From Octopus vulgaris (lineage: Eukaryota): 64,000 nt of DNA. The position numbers were made by a program, and so were the translations under genes. The DNA lies in assembly GCA_951406725.2 (NCBI GenBank), contig OX597814.1:151776001-151840000 (forward strand). Direction: 5' to 3'. This document shows, one piece after another, positions 49,107 to 62,935 of this stretch; the stretch's first letter is position 1; each line of letters starts with the position of its first letter. The notes under the pieces are model-generated. The model did not search any database. It was not told the origin of the DNA and saw only the letters and a program-made list of their open reading frames with translations.

Positions 49107-50510
49107 AGGTGTTATATACCACATTGTGAGCCCATTCCTGATTCAAGCAGTGAGGCTGCTTGTGTATGAGGCTTCTGTGTGGAAAATAAATGTAACGGTG
49201 GTGGTTCGGTGTGTTATTTCTGTGAAATTACCCAACTTGCTAGAAATAGCAGTGAAGTCTCAGTAAAATCATATCTTATTTTAATAAGAACACATTGAAT
49301 ATATATATTCTATCTGTGAGGAATATTTAAAAAAACATGGGTTGGACAAGGTTAAAATACATTCACTCATAGGCCTAGTTAAGCAAGGCTGGCTTCAAGC
49401 CAAACAATGACAACTACTGCAAATAGCAGTGATGTCTCTATCAAATCACACTCAATCATTTTAAGAAAATGAAAATACATTGAATGATATTCATGTAAAG
49501 TCGTATTTTAACATGCTTCAGTTCACTAAGAAAGAAGACCTTCCACTAGAGAGCTAGTTCCAGAAGGACTTTTCACATCCAATATGACTTTATACAAATA
49601 TATTTCATTCTATGTTGCTTTGAGCGACATTATTTATTTATTTAATTCTAGCTTGACCAAATTTTATGCCCATCAGCAAACATTCCATGTGCTCTTTTAC
49701 TCTTTTACTTGTTTCAGTCATTTGACTGTGGCCATGCTGGAGCACTGCCTTTAGTTGAGCAAATTGACCCCAGGACTTATTCTTTGTAAGCCTAGTACTT
49801 ATTCTATCGGACTCTTTTGCTGAACCACTAAGTTATGGGGACGTAAACACACCAGCATCAGTTGTCAAGCGATGTTGGGGGGACAAACACAGACACACAA
49901 ACATATACACACACACATGCATATATATATATATATAGGGCATCCAGCCGTAGAAACACTGCCAGATTTGACTGGGCCTGATGAAGCCTTCTGGCTTCAC
50001 AGACCCCAGTAGAACCATCCAACCCATGCTAGCATGGAAAACGGACGCTAAACGATGATGATGATGATGATGATATATACACACATATTATAGGCTTCTT
50101 TCAGTTTCCGTCTACCAAATCCACTTACAAGGCTTTGGTCAGCTTGAGGCTATAGTAGACACTTGCGCAAGGTGCCACACAGTGGGACTGAACCTGGAAC
50201 CATGTGGTTCGTAAGCAAGCTACTTACCACACAGCCACTCCTACGATAAGAATAATTTCATTTACGATTGAATGATATGGTGTTCATAGCTGACAAATTG
50301 AAAAGACACTGAAATGCATGCAATCCAGTGTCATCATTTGTGGCCCAAGAGGAGAATTTTGTCCCAGGACTAGCACTGCAGCAGAAGCTTTTCGCACATT
50401 CAAGTGCACTCAAAGATGTATATGGCTTTCCATGAATATATTTCATTCAACGATGGTTTGTGCACCAATATTTATTACATTGAATAATGTAGTCATATAT
50501 TTCTTACTTG

Positions 50511-50824
50511 TGGAGGCACAATGGCCCAGTGGTTAGGGCAGCGGACTCGCGGTCAGAGGATCACGGTTTCGATTCCCAGACCGGGCATTGTATGTGTTTA
50601 TTGAGCGAAAACACCTAAAAGCTCCACGAGGCTCCGGCAGAGGGTGGTGGTGACCTCTGTTGTACTTTTTCACCACAACTTTCTCTCACTCTCTCTTCCT
50701 GTTTCTTGAATAACGCTGCGATGGACTGGTGTCCTGTCTAGCTGGGGGGATCACATATGCCACAGAAACCGGGAAACTGGGCCCATGAGCCTGGTTAGAC
50801 TTGAAATGGGTGACTTTTATCGTT
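50511..50824 (+). mobile_element. tRNA(Arg)-like SINE, third family
   Basis: tggcccagtggttagggcagcggacTCGcggtc...ggtttcgattccc; near-TSD atatttYttacttg (50497-50510 / 50825-50838). Confidence 0.75.
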
Positions 50825-50919
50825 ATATTTTTTACTTGCTGAATTTGGAAGAAGGGTAAAGCCTATAACTATTGCAGGCCCTCCAAGACTGATGAGATTG
50901 ATGTTGTTAATGTTCTGTT

Positions 50920-51650
50920 TTAACTGCTGCTGGTAAACACATGCAGGAAAGATATAAGTGGGAAGGGGATTCCAGAGGTTTTACATTCTGGAGATGAAGG
51001 ATTGAGTATAGGGGTTGCTGTGGGGAGCGGGAGCTGAATGCATGAATGGTACCAAGAGGTGGAGAAGGCTGCATGATGGAGCTGTAAGTTGAGCCAGCTC
51101 CAAGGAGCAGAGGGGATAATAGTGATGGAAGAGAAAGAGAGAGAAGGCAGCATGTCTACAGGCTAGAGGCTGGAGTGTGTCTGTGATGGAGTGCCATTCA
51201 GCTGAGTGACTCTTCTTCTCTTGTTGTGATCCAGGATGCCAGTGTGCATTACAACAACACCATCCCAGATGTAGGTGTAGAACTCTATTGTGGGCATCAC
51301 TTGAGCTTTGTAAAATGTCAGCAGTTTTTGGAGCTGAATGCATGAAGGGTACCAAGAGGTGGAGAGATGAATGGGTTGGAGAAGGCTGCATGATGGAGCT
51401 GTAAGTTGAGCCAGCTCCAAGGAGCAGAGGGGATAATAGTGATGGAAGAGAAAGAGAGAGAAGGCAGCATGTCTGCAGGCTTGAGGCTGGAGTGTGTCTG
51501 CGATGGAGTGCCATTCAGCTAAGTGACTCTTCTCTTGTTGTGATCCAGGATGCCAGTGTGCATTACAACACCATCCCAGATGTAGGTGTAGAATTCTATT
51601 GTGGGCCTCACTTGAGCCTTGTAAAATGTCAGCAGTTTTTGGGAGCTGAA
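50920..51650 (-). mobile_element. CR1/Jockey-group LINE 3' fragment with ~300-bp tandem duplication
   Basis: LLTFYKAQVMPTIEFYTYIWDG; units ~51030-51329 and ~51330-51641 nearly identical. Confidence 0.75.
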
Positions 51651-53224
51651 ATATGTTCTATCTCTAAAGAGTAAAACTAGTCTTTTGGATGCAGTCCTAG
51701 TAATGTAAAGGATATATTTTCACCAAGATCCTTGGTGTTAGTGAGACAGCATTTGGAGTAGCCGTAAGGATTTTAACTGTGAAGGTGTATGGCTTAGTGG
51801 TTAAGGTATTCAGCTCAAAATTGCAATACCTTGAGATCAATTCCCTGTGGTGTGTTGTGTCCTTGGGCAAGACACTTTATTCCATGTTGCTCCAGTCCAT
51901 TCAGCTGGCAAGAATGAGTTGTACATGTATTTCAAAGGGCCAGCCTTGTCACACTCTGTGTCATGCTGAATCTCCCTGAGAACATTCAATGAGGCAGATT
52001 TTCTATCACCAGATGGCCTGTCTGTCATCAGCGCTCACTGGTTTCCAAGCAGGGTCATATTTCCCCATAATCAGATATGATTTCAGGGAAGACCGGAAAC
52101 AAATGACATTGCTTGTATGATATGGCAAACTAGCACATGATGTCAAAACTAGGTGGCACAAACACATTCGCACATATATATTGTACTAGTAGAGTATTGC
52201 TCAAGATTAAAATGGCATAGTTTGTGTATATATATTACAGTTATGTTGAAACAGGTGACGTCATTGTAGTTGTGGTATAAAATGTCCTGTACTATAGTTG
52301 ACTATAGAAAGATTATCTCTAGCAGATGTATTATTTTAATTAAAAAAAAAAAAAAATTTACATGTTGACTCGGGGGTGGTGTAATACTATTACATTGTGA
52401 AAGTTGATTTGATTTGGTTGAGCCATTTGTGAATGCACAGAAATCATGCCAAAACAGAAAATTGGAATCTGGTGTGGCTCCCAGCCTTGCCAGCTTCTGT
52501 CAACCCATCCAACCCATGCCAACATGGAGAACAGATCTTAAATGATGATAATCTATATATATAAAATTCTTTATCAGTCTGTCTGTTCCCAATGCATTCT
52601 CAAACAGCTCAACCAAATCAAATCAAATTTTACAATGTAATAGTATGACACCCACTGAAAGTCAACATGTACATTTTTTCTTAATTTTGATTAAAACAAT
52701 ATAACATTTTATAGAGATAGTCTTTCTATAGTCAACTATACTACAGGAGATTTTATACCATGACAACGATGACAACGTCACTTTTTGTATATGAGTGTGT
52801 ATGTGTCTGTGAGTGTATATGAGTAATTGTTATGTGTCTGTGACTGTGTTTCTGTGCTAGATACATTATTGAACACACACACACACATCTACACATACAT
52901 ACACATAGGTAACGACTGAGATGTGTGAATGTATGTCTGTATATGTCTCTAAAATTCTTTATTACCCTTGAACCAATTAAAGGCATAATATTCATATTCC
53001 TCTTGAAATCTGGTCTTACTATTTTTCCTTCCAATTTTCAGAGAATGGATTTCACATTTGTCTTGAATTATAATTAAATAAGAAATATTTTCGTATCAAA
53101 ACCATTATAAATAGTCAAACTAAGCGGGAAAAATTTCCAAGGAATGTAATTACGTATGAACTTATTGATTTTAGAGCTCTAAGTTCTAAGTATTCATCAC
53201 AGACATCAAAAAGCTGTAAAGCTT

Positions 53225-53440
53225 GATGATAATGATGATGATTAGCACAATGACGACGACAACGATGCAGAGGCATCGATATATCACATGATAGATTTTA
53301 AAAGTCCTATCATCATCACCACCACCACCACCATCATCATTACCATTATTGTCATCATCATCATCATCGACATCATCATTATCATCCTCCTCATCATCAT
53401 CACCTTTACAACCACCACCTTTACCATTATTGTCGTCGTA
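53225..53440. repeat. (CAT)/(CAC)/(GAT) trinucleotide low-complexity tract
   Basis: Direct read. Confidence 0.85.
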
Positions 53441-56400
53441 GTCATATCCATTTCTTTGTACTGGCACAAGTCGAAAATACACACACACACACACACATAT
53501 ATAGAAACAAACAAATACATATTTACAGTGCCTTGCCCTATAAACACGAATGTATTTGGCAACGACTTTTTTTTTTCTTTTTAATTTCTATCGTACCGGT
53601 CAACAATCGATTTGTACGACGCGCGGCTATAGATGAAAATGAACTGTTTGAAAGGTAAAGCAGTTTAGGCCAGCTCTGCACGTCACGCCGCTACTGTCCA
53701 TGGCGGCATGTATCAGTGTCACTTGGCTAGTAGCGGCTTTCAGCTTTTAACATATTTATCATTTTATCTTAAAATTCTTCGCCTCACACATTATACGGCT
53801 ATATTCTTTACATTTATTAATAAACACCGATCTGGATATATATCCACTCTTTAAGTTTTCTATTTCTTTCTATAGCAGTAACTATATTATCACATGAATA
53901 GATTTATTGTATTAGTTGACACGTAAGTGTATGCATCGATGTATTTATATAGCTGTATACATATTTAAAAAAAAAAAGATAAACATACATACATACATAC
54001 AAATATATCTATTCATTAATACAATAAATATATTTTGAAACTCTACATAAGTTACCGTAAACAAATTAATACGACAAAACCACAACTAGAAGTGTGGTGC
54101 GGGATCATAAGAACAAGAAAAGGGACGGACCGAGTAGAAAACCATTTGAAACGACTAGGTGAGACCTTTTTCTTTTTCGGTATTCCTGATTTTTCTGTGA
54201 GCATGAAATCAACTGTTATCTATAATATCCATGCTGGTATAATTCCACCATACGCATGCTGACTCAATTCAGCTGGTCTGTTTCTCATTTGTAACATTCT
54301 GTTGTACCAGTTCTTAAAAAAAAAACTTTAAGGACAACCTTTCAGTAATATTTAGAGGCTAATCCTTAAGATATTCAACCAGTTAAGTAGTAAATTCTTT
54401 TAATACAGTTCCCTGCATTTTCCTAGAAAACTCTTCAATCATAATCGATTTGTTAGAACTTAATTTTTATGTCTTCAGTTTTATAACGCATCTTATTTTT
54501 TAAACCCAGGATCGTCTGGCATTTGTTAAGGGAACATATCCAGCCACAAGCAAATTTTTTAAAAAATTCATCAATGTTTCTCTTTGATAATCTTGGTCTT
54601 TGATATTGCTTTCCAAGTACACAACGTGTCGCGTTATCTTTATGCTGCGTGCAAATTCTGGAGGTTAGTTATCTATTAGGTAATTACACTTATTACACTT
54701 AAATATAATGACTTTAACAGTATTAGTTTCTGTCATGTTACGTTCAAAAGTATCATTTCTTTTAACTGATTCCCATACAGTCTTTAAAAGGCAAGGAAGA
54801 TTATTATTGTTACGTAGTGAAAATTTGCCGTTTCAATTTTTCTGCTTAAGTTAATTTACCTGTGACTGCATGTGTGTGAGTAGGTATTTCGTCATTCTCT
54901 TTTCCACCTGTAACTAGTTAAAAGCGAAAAGGTTAAAGAAAAAAAAAAAACAGTACAACAAATAGGCCACACGTTTTTGTTTTCTTTCTTTTATCCCATG
55001 ACTGAAATCTAAAAGAAGAGAAGCGAAAAGGTGGTGTGACTTTTCTGTAAGTGTGCACATGCATAACGGCATTTATCAGGTGGTTTTATCTCAATTCATT
55101 CCCTTGTTACGTGTCATCACCTTAGTTATTCTTACAACATACCTCTTACGATTTAGGTTTTGTCTTTAGATATGGTATAATATTTTCACTAATTATTCTA
55201 TTATAAAGTCTTCAATTGTGAGTGTACTTGCCTATCTATAACAGTTTCTATAGAATAGCAAGCAACACGCCTACTTAGCATATGTTTTAAACGTGACCAC
55301 AATGTGGATCTAGTTTTGTATTTCATTAATTTTTATTTATCCTTAAATTTCTTCTCGAATAATTACAATATTTTTGTTATCAGCTCCTTTCAAAGATTAA
55401 TCTTTTCTTTAGTTAGCTGGCGATCCCTTTTATCTTAAATTATACTCCTCCATAAAAGTTTGGAATTTGATTTATTAGAAATTTTTCATAGGTGTGGCAA
55501 ATCTCAGTGTTAAGGTCATAGCACTAATTGTTTCCATGTTTCTGAGAACTACATCCTTGTTTTATTATCAATATTACCTTGACGAACAAATTCTCTAAAA
55601 AAATATCTAACTTTAGTGTTGCAATTAATTTTTATTTACTCCAAGTAACAGCTGTTTTTCTTAACCAACTTTTCAACATGGTTTAGATTTCTAGTTAGTT
55701 CTATCCTCGTCTTAACAGTTTCTTAGATTTAATTCGTCAATACTTGATTCAGTCAGTTTAAACAGTCAACATATATTTGTTCTATCGTTTTCAAAAACGT
55801 CAATTCTATAAATCAGTACTCTCATTTAATTTCTTGCTTTCTCTCTCTTTTTTTTTTTTCTTATACTACTTTTCCTGTTTCACTTTTGCTTGTATTAGAA
55901 GGTAATTTATTAGGATGTTTACTTCCCATTCTTTTAATTCTTAATTTGTCACCTGTTTAGATATATCAGTTGTCGGATAAAAAGCTTGCGCAGATATTAA
56001 AGAAATATCCAACAGAATCATCAGAAGATAAACCAGTTTTATAACTGAGACTTCAAAGGTGACTTATTTCAAGTTACTAAACTTTGTTAAAATGAACTGA
56101 ATAGTATGGGGTTGGGATATATTTTTATAAGTTTTTTTTTATGGCCTTCTTTAAATTCTGTTATAGTTGTACTAGAAATTCAACACCAACATTTTGTATC
56201 TTTTAAACTGCCTTATCAATTATACTGAAGTCATTTGTTTTCTTTCACCTATGACTTTTCAAAATATTCGAGTTTATTATCAGTAAACCAATCCTGTTCA
56301 GCTGAGTAACTCTCAGTCTTTGAGAAGTTAACATCATCATCATCATCATCATTTAGCATCCGTTTTCCATGCTAGCATGGGTTGGACGGTTCAACTGGGG

Positions 56401-59400
56401 TCTGTGAAGCTGGAAGGCTTCATCAGGCCCAGTCAGATCTGGCAGTGTTTCTATGGCTGGATGCCCTTCCTAACGCCAACCACTCCGTGAGTGTCAGTTG
56501 GTTATATACTTTTTATATGTTGCACATAGAGAAAATAATAATTATTAGTGATTAAATGAAAAACATAAAATGTATTCTTAGGAACAGCGATGTTTATTCT
56601 ACATTATGTTCATTTTGTTGGTTTGTAGAAGTGATTACTTCGTTGGCTACTCATCATACTGTTGCATTTCCATGAATGTAATTTTAATTAACATCTACTA
56701 TTAAGTCGAACAGTTTGTTTTTCTACACACATCATATATTCTGAAATTGGTTGGATAGGGGTGTTATGGTCTGAATCACTTGTTATTTGGAGTTATTGCC
56801 CTCTTAGATGAATCAAAGACCATATCTCACTCTTCCATTTGAGGTACAATTATTTATTTATTTTTGGTTATATGCTCTTCCTATCACCAACCACCTCACA
56901 GAGTGCACCAGGTGCATTTTATTGTGGCACCAGCATCAGAGAGGTTGTCATAACCATGGCAAGGCTCTAGTACAACTATAACAGAATAGAGTCATGGTTC
57001 TCATGACTGTATATTGTCTCCAATTGTTCAGCACCACTGTACAGAGTGTACTGGGTGCATTCTATCATGATACCAGTGCTAGGTTGCCTAGTATTCCTCA
57101 AAAGTCTCCTCTACTCATCATTTAAAGCAACATGACTAAGGAGATAAATCGAAGAAAATGTGATGTCAAAAAGAACCAGAGTGAGAAAGCAGGGGAAGGG
57201 AGAGTGATTGGAGCAAGAGGGTAATAGACGAGGTTGAAAAGAGACACATTGATGACACAGTTCCATGTTTGCTGATAAATGATTAGTAAAAACCTGGGCA
57301 AAGGTGAGAACGATGGATGTCAGTAATATGTTACTTGGTGGAGAAAGGCAATGATGGCTAGCTGTACAAAAGGGTAATGGCATATCAGATAATCAGATCT
57401 AATGCCATCCCTTGTCAGAAGATGAATGATAGATTGAAAGGTACCACAAAGGAGGAGACAAGCATTATCAGTATAATAGGTAAAAGACCCAAATGTAGAC
57501 CTGTTATACATTTCAAAGTCTATCACTATTTTTAAAATTTGTTTCTTGAACAGGTGGACAAGTTTTCTCCAGTCTCATGTGTCGACTATTGTTGTGGTCC
57601 TTGTCACTTCCTATGTGAAGTTCAGTATCTTGAGATCAGCCTTCACCACTTCATCCTGTGTTTTCTTAGATCATTCTTTTCCACAGATTCACTCATCACT
57701 TCGTTTTACAACTGTCATTCTCTATATGCATCATTTGCTTATCCCAACATAATCTTCTCTTTCACTACATCTGATTTCTTTTAGATCCAATTTTTTCCTT
57801 GGCTCATTTGTGTTGTTTCATTCATGTGCACCAACATTGCACATTCAGTGGAACATGCCCGTTTCATTTCTTTCTCTCCTTCACAAATCTTCTGCATTCA
57901 AAGCCCAACCCTCACTTGTGTGTAGCATTGTACTTTGGATACAAGCGTCATACAATCTGCCCTTTCACTCGAAGAGACAAATCCTTTGTTATCAGCAAAG
58001 ACAATTCCCTGAACTTTATGACTTTGTTTTCTTAGACTGGCTACCATGCTTTTGGAGCACCCACCTTAACTTCTAATTAGGTCACATAGATAACAAAAGC
58101 TATCAACTACTTCTTGGGAGCCTTCATAACTTTGAAAATCTATTTCACATGTACTATTAGATGCTTCTGTGCATCTACTGTATATGTAATCTACCTTTTC
58201 TATTAGACTGCCTCTGATACCCCAACATATCTTGTGAGTATGCCATATGGAATTCCTGTCTACTCTTTTGTCACCATCTAGATTCCTGTCTTCTTTCCTA
58301 CTTAAAATTTTACTATTTGCTAAGTTTGGTTTGAGGTCACTCATTTTTAGGTTTTTACTTCCATATTTAGGATTTCTCTCCCACATTTACTACAGATTCC
58401 TGGTTTAACACTACTAGAACTAGGCCATCAGCATACAGGAGTTTCTGTAAGGGTTCTCAATGCTTGATTAATTATATGAGATATCTACATATGATTTATA
58501 TGTATGTTGTTGGTTTCAGAGGGCATCTGAAGGCTAAGGCCACTGCCACCTTCTCTGGACCTAGCCAAAAAAGTATCATCATTGTAAGTTTTACATTTAT
58601 TTTTCATGCCAGTGGCACGTAAAAAGCACCAACCGATTGTGGCCATTGCCAGCCTACCCTGGCACTTGTGCCGGTAGCACCTAAAATACACCATCCGTAT
58701 GTGGCCAATGCCAGTGTCGCCTTGACTGGCTTCCATGTTGGTGGCACGTAAAAAGCACCAACCGATCATGGCCACTGCCAGCCTCCCCTGGCACATAAAA
58801 AGCACCATCCGTACATGGTTGATGCCAGTACCACCTTGACTGGTTTCCGTGCCGGTGGCACGTAAAAAGCACCAACCGATCGTGGCCGTTGCCAGCCTCC
58901 CCTGGCACCTGTGCTGGTGGCACATAAAAAGCACCCACTACACTCACGGAGTGGTTGGCATTAGGAAGGGCATCCAGCTGTAGAAACACTGCCAGATCAG
59001 ACTGGAGCCTGGTGCAGCCTCCTGGCTTCCCAGACCCTGGTCAAACCGTCTAACCCATGCTAGCATGGAAAACGGACGTTAAATGATGATGACGATGAGC
59101 ACTTTTCCAAATCTCAAATTCGCTTCATTCAACCAGTGTTCTCAATTCAACCCTGACTGTTTCTCTTCAGGTATTCCTTGGTCACTCCCTGATATTCAGT
59201 TTGTGCTGGCTCTGCAGCACATGTGTATGTGCTTCAGAATAATTTTTCTATGTTTTAGTCAATGTTGGAAGGGCGGCTCCCATGATCTTTTCCCATGGCC
59301 TTTGATATTGGAGTTGGAAAGGGGAAAAAGATCTATGACTCACAAGTTCCTGCAGGGCATCAAGATATGCAGTTATCCTCTGACTGGGGACCTGGAAAAA

Positions 59401-59427
59401 AGTCAATAACTGATTGGACTCTATTAA

Positions 59428-59647
59428 CCCTTTCATTACTGTATTTATTTTAAGATGCTCTGTGTTTCTTTCAATTACTTTAAATATAACAAAGAATTTA
59501 GTAAAATAACTTAGTTATCTTTCAGCTGGTGTTAGGAACATAAAGTGTGACTAAGGTTTGGTGGAACATTTTAATTCAAAACTTATGAAAACAAAACATT
59601 TGTACTCAGAACCAGAGCCAGTTTCAGCCAGGTTGGTAATGAAAGGG
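59428..59647. mobile_element. piggyBac-type MITE
   Basis: 12-bp TIRs CCCTTTCATTAC / GTAATGAAAGGG with TTAA on both sides (59424-7, 59648-51). Confidence 0.8.
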
Positions 59648-62600
59648 TTAAGGAACTCAAGAACCAGATGGTGGTGTTAAACCAGACAGCAAATACAGTC
59701 CACCAACAGGCTTTCACATAAGTTCCAGTTACCTAGTTTCACTTATAAGCCTTAGGCTCATTCAAGGCCATAGTAGAAGATGCTTGTCCAAGGTGTTCTT
59801 CATTAAGGTTAAAATTAGAAACACATGGTTGTGAAGTGAACTTAACTAGTTGTCCATACTTGTGTTCATAATGTGTGAGGGTGTGTGTGTGCGAATGCAT
59901 TATCAACTGCTAACATAAGCATACACTTATATGATTTACATGTAAGTAGAAGCCTTTTATAGACAAACAATAACCATTCTATGAAGTATATTTTTCTTCT
60001 TTACTGTATGTTGTTATTTTATGACAACAGTGCTACTACATTATATGAATTGTGATAAAATTTGTCAGAAACAATTATATAACTTTAATATAGTAATATA
60101 GTGATAATATAAGCATCAATTTTTTAAGCCTATTCTTTTTTTCCATCTAAAATTTTTCGATGGAAAATAACAATAGTGTCACTCACGAAACCCTCACTAT
60201 GTATCTATTGCGTGCCAAGCAACTGTGTTAATGGTGAGAATGCTGAGCACTTGTTTCTCTCTTCTAAAAGTAGGTACTATGAATGATGATTATTTTTTTA
60301 CATTTTTTTTTCAGTTTTAGCTGTACTATTTTGTTTCTGTCTAGGAGGGCAGTTACTTCAGATAAGAACTAACTCAGATCGTGACGTCCCATGCAACCCA
60401 TGCCGACATGGAAAAGCAGACGTAAAATGACTATAGGTAATTTCTCAGTCACCTAGCACTAGCACATCCTCCATGTATGCAACATAGCAATACTCTGTTT
60501 GATACTTTCAATGCAAAGCATACTCTGTTTAATACTTGCAATGAAAAATAAATCCAGGAATCAAATTTTGATGTAAATGGTATTAGGTATTATAAACACC
60601 AATTTGATACAAAATGGACACAGCCTTATTGATGAAACACAGACCATATATCCAATGAGAAAAGAAAAATGGCTGGCTCTCTGTTGTGTAATGAGTAATG
60701 AGGTTTCTTGGCAAGATCTTTTGTCTTTCAGATTGGTGCTTATAATCTTTAATAACCAATGTAAAACCTCAGAAGATTTATCTCTATAAAGTTAAGAGGA
60801 CATGTATCAATTTTAATTCAGAATAGTTGCTTACCTCTGCTGCCTGCTTTCACCACTTATTAGGGTGACTATTCACTCTCTCCTTCCCTTCTCTTATGCT
60901 TCGTAAAGTTCTTCAGACTCCAGTTTCCTAGACAGGTTTCCTTGATTATACTTATGCTTTTGATACCTACCTGCTCATGGCTACCCTTGGTTCTGTGATG
61001 TAAACTTGCTGTTTACTTAATGTTTAACTTGCATTAAATCCTTCCATCAAAATTTCATGTTAATTTATGTTCTAGATTCCAACTTAATAATGGTAAAGTT
61101 ATTTTATTAAAAATTTCATAATTTTTTTAATTAATTGAAGCCAGAAATAGGATAGCAAAAAAAGTTAAAGAAGTCGAGTGGAAGCAGAGTTCCCAAAACA
61201 AGTGTTCGGAGGTGTAAAGGGGGAGATAACTGAAATAAACAGAACTAGTTGTTAATATACCTTGTGTGCTGGTTGTAGCATGACATCTGAGCTAGCCACA
61301 AATTAAAAGGAATTATGAAATAGAAATAAAAATGAAATTGGGTTATAAGAGAGAAGTCAAATTGTGATAGATACAGGCAAGCAAAACAGATGAGAAAATA
61401 TGGACTCTAACAGCATTGATAGAGAAATAAATAAGAGACTGGAGAAAGGTGGATAGTATTCTAAGTATTGTAATAAAGAGAAACTGAGGTTGAGGGTAAG
61501 CAAGATCATGCTCCCCATAGAAAATCCAGCTCCAAAAAAAGCCTCATGATAGCAAAGGAGAATGGGCACCAGTCAGACCAAAGGCTAGAGTGGGTTGCAC
61601 CTGCCTACCTCTGTTGCCATGGCGTTGAGGTAGATCCAGCCACCCCCGTTAACGGGGACAAAACTCGGATTTAAAACACTGGATGTGATGTTACTGGTTT
61701 TATTTTAAATATCTTTATTTCTACTGATAAAACTTTTGCTTAATACTGTTATGTTACAAGTTAAGCTACAATTTGTATTTCACTGTGTAATTAGATGACA
61801 TAGCAAACGATAAGGTATCATTCTTGAACATTTGTTTGTTTAACTCAGGTGAGCCCTGATCAATAGCACTCCAGCTTTGGCCATCCCTTCTTGTTTCAGG
61901 TACAGCTTTCAGTGTGTGCTTCCTTTTTTTTTTTTTAAAGATGCTTGACTCTAATTTGTAATTTAAAGGAGACTTAGCTATTGCTTTTAGCAAGTTACGT
62001 AACTACATAGGCCTTCTGAACACTTAATGTGTTCTGCTAACCCCGAGAAATATCAACATTATCTCATATAGTCAGGTTAAACATAGATTGTATCTGCATT
62101 TATTTGTCAGTTGTATATGTCTGGCTGTGTGGTCATGATGTTCACTTTGCAACAATGTAGTTGTGGGTTCAATCCCACTGTGCAGCACTTAGGACAAGGG
62201 TCTCTCCTACAGCCTGTGGAATTTGGTAGATGAAAATACTGTTGCCCTGCTTAACACTACTGTCAGGCACTTGATGCTTTTGCCAGCCTCTATTCTGTTG
62301 TAAGCATTCTAACTGGGTCTCTGATCAGAGGCTAACTTTTGTTTTTTCCCTTGATTTGACCCTAAAAAAGCAAACCACATATGAACAGTAGAAAGGTTCA
62401 ATACATAATACTGCATATAAATCTACATTAAGTAAATACACATGCTGGTTTTCACACTGTTACTTAAGTTCTTGTTTACTATTGCTTTTTGTTAGACATT
62501 TCAGTTGTCATATACTGTAAACATTTAAACAGTGGCAGAACTGAGGCAGATGGTTGTTCAGACCATGACTGTTTCAATGGTCGTCAAAAGGAAACTATTT

Positions 62601-62759
62601 TTTTTATCCAATAAAAATTGGTTTTACTGTTACTTTAACTGCATTAACATACACACACTTGTAAATTGTGGTTATAATATGTTTCAATTTCAAATAAAAG
62701 CTATAAATTCTACTTCTATTGAGTACGTTTTTCTCAGGTTTGTAAGTACAAATGTTTAC

Positions 62760-62935
62760 TTATAAGCATGGAATAAACTGCCTGCGTCAGTTGTTGACTG
62801 CCATGACACTGCATCTTTTAAGGCCCTCATGCTTTCCGAAATCCGCCGAAACTTCACCTGATTATATATACACTTTAGATGAGTTGTAGTGCACCTGAGC
62901 ACTGTACACAATTATTATTATTATTATTATTATTT
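62760..62935 (+). mobile_element. CR1-group LINE extreme 3' end
   Basis: AWNKLPASVVDCHDTASFKA...* followed by an (ATT)n tail. Confidence 0.7.

Noticed and set aside
49975-50005. CTGATGA-AGCC-TTCT-GGCT as a hammerhead (also ~63020-63045)
   Set aside because: No GAAA core after stem II; other family copies read ctggtgcagcc here.
50511-50582. tRNA-Arg(TCG) gene
   Set aside because: Acceptor stem does not pair; it continues into a SINE body with a target-site duplication.
53186-53584. Asp/Gly-rich and Ile/Met-rich ORFs
   Set aside because: Trinucleotide low-complexity tract open in several frames on both strands; no domain or clear splice context.
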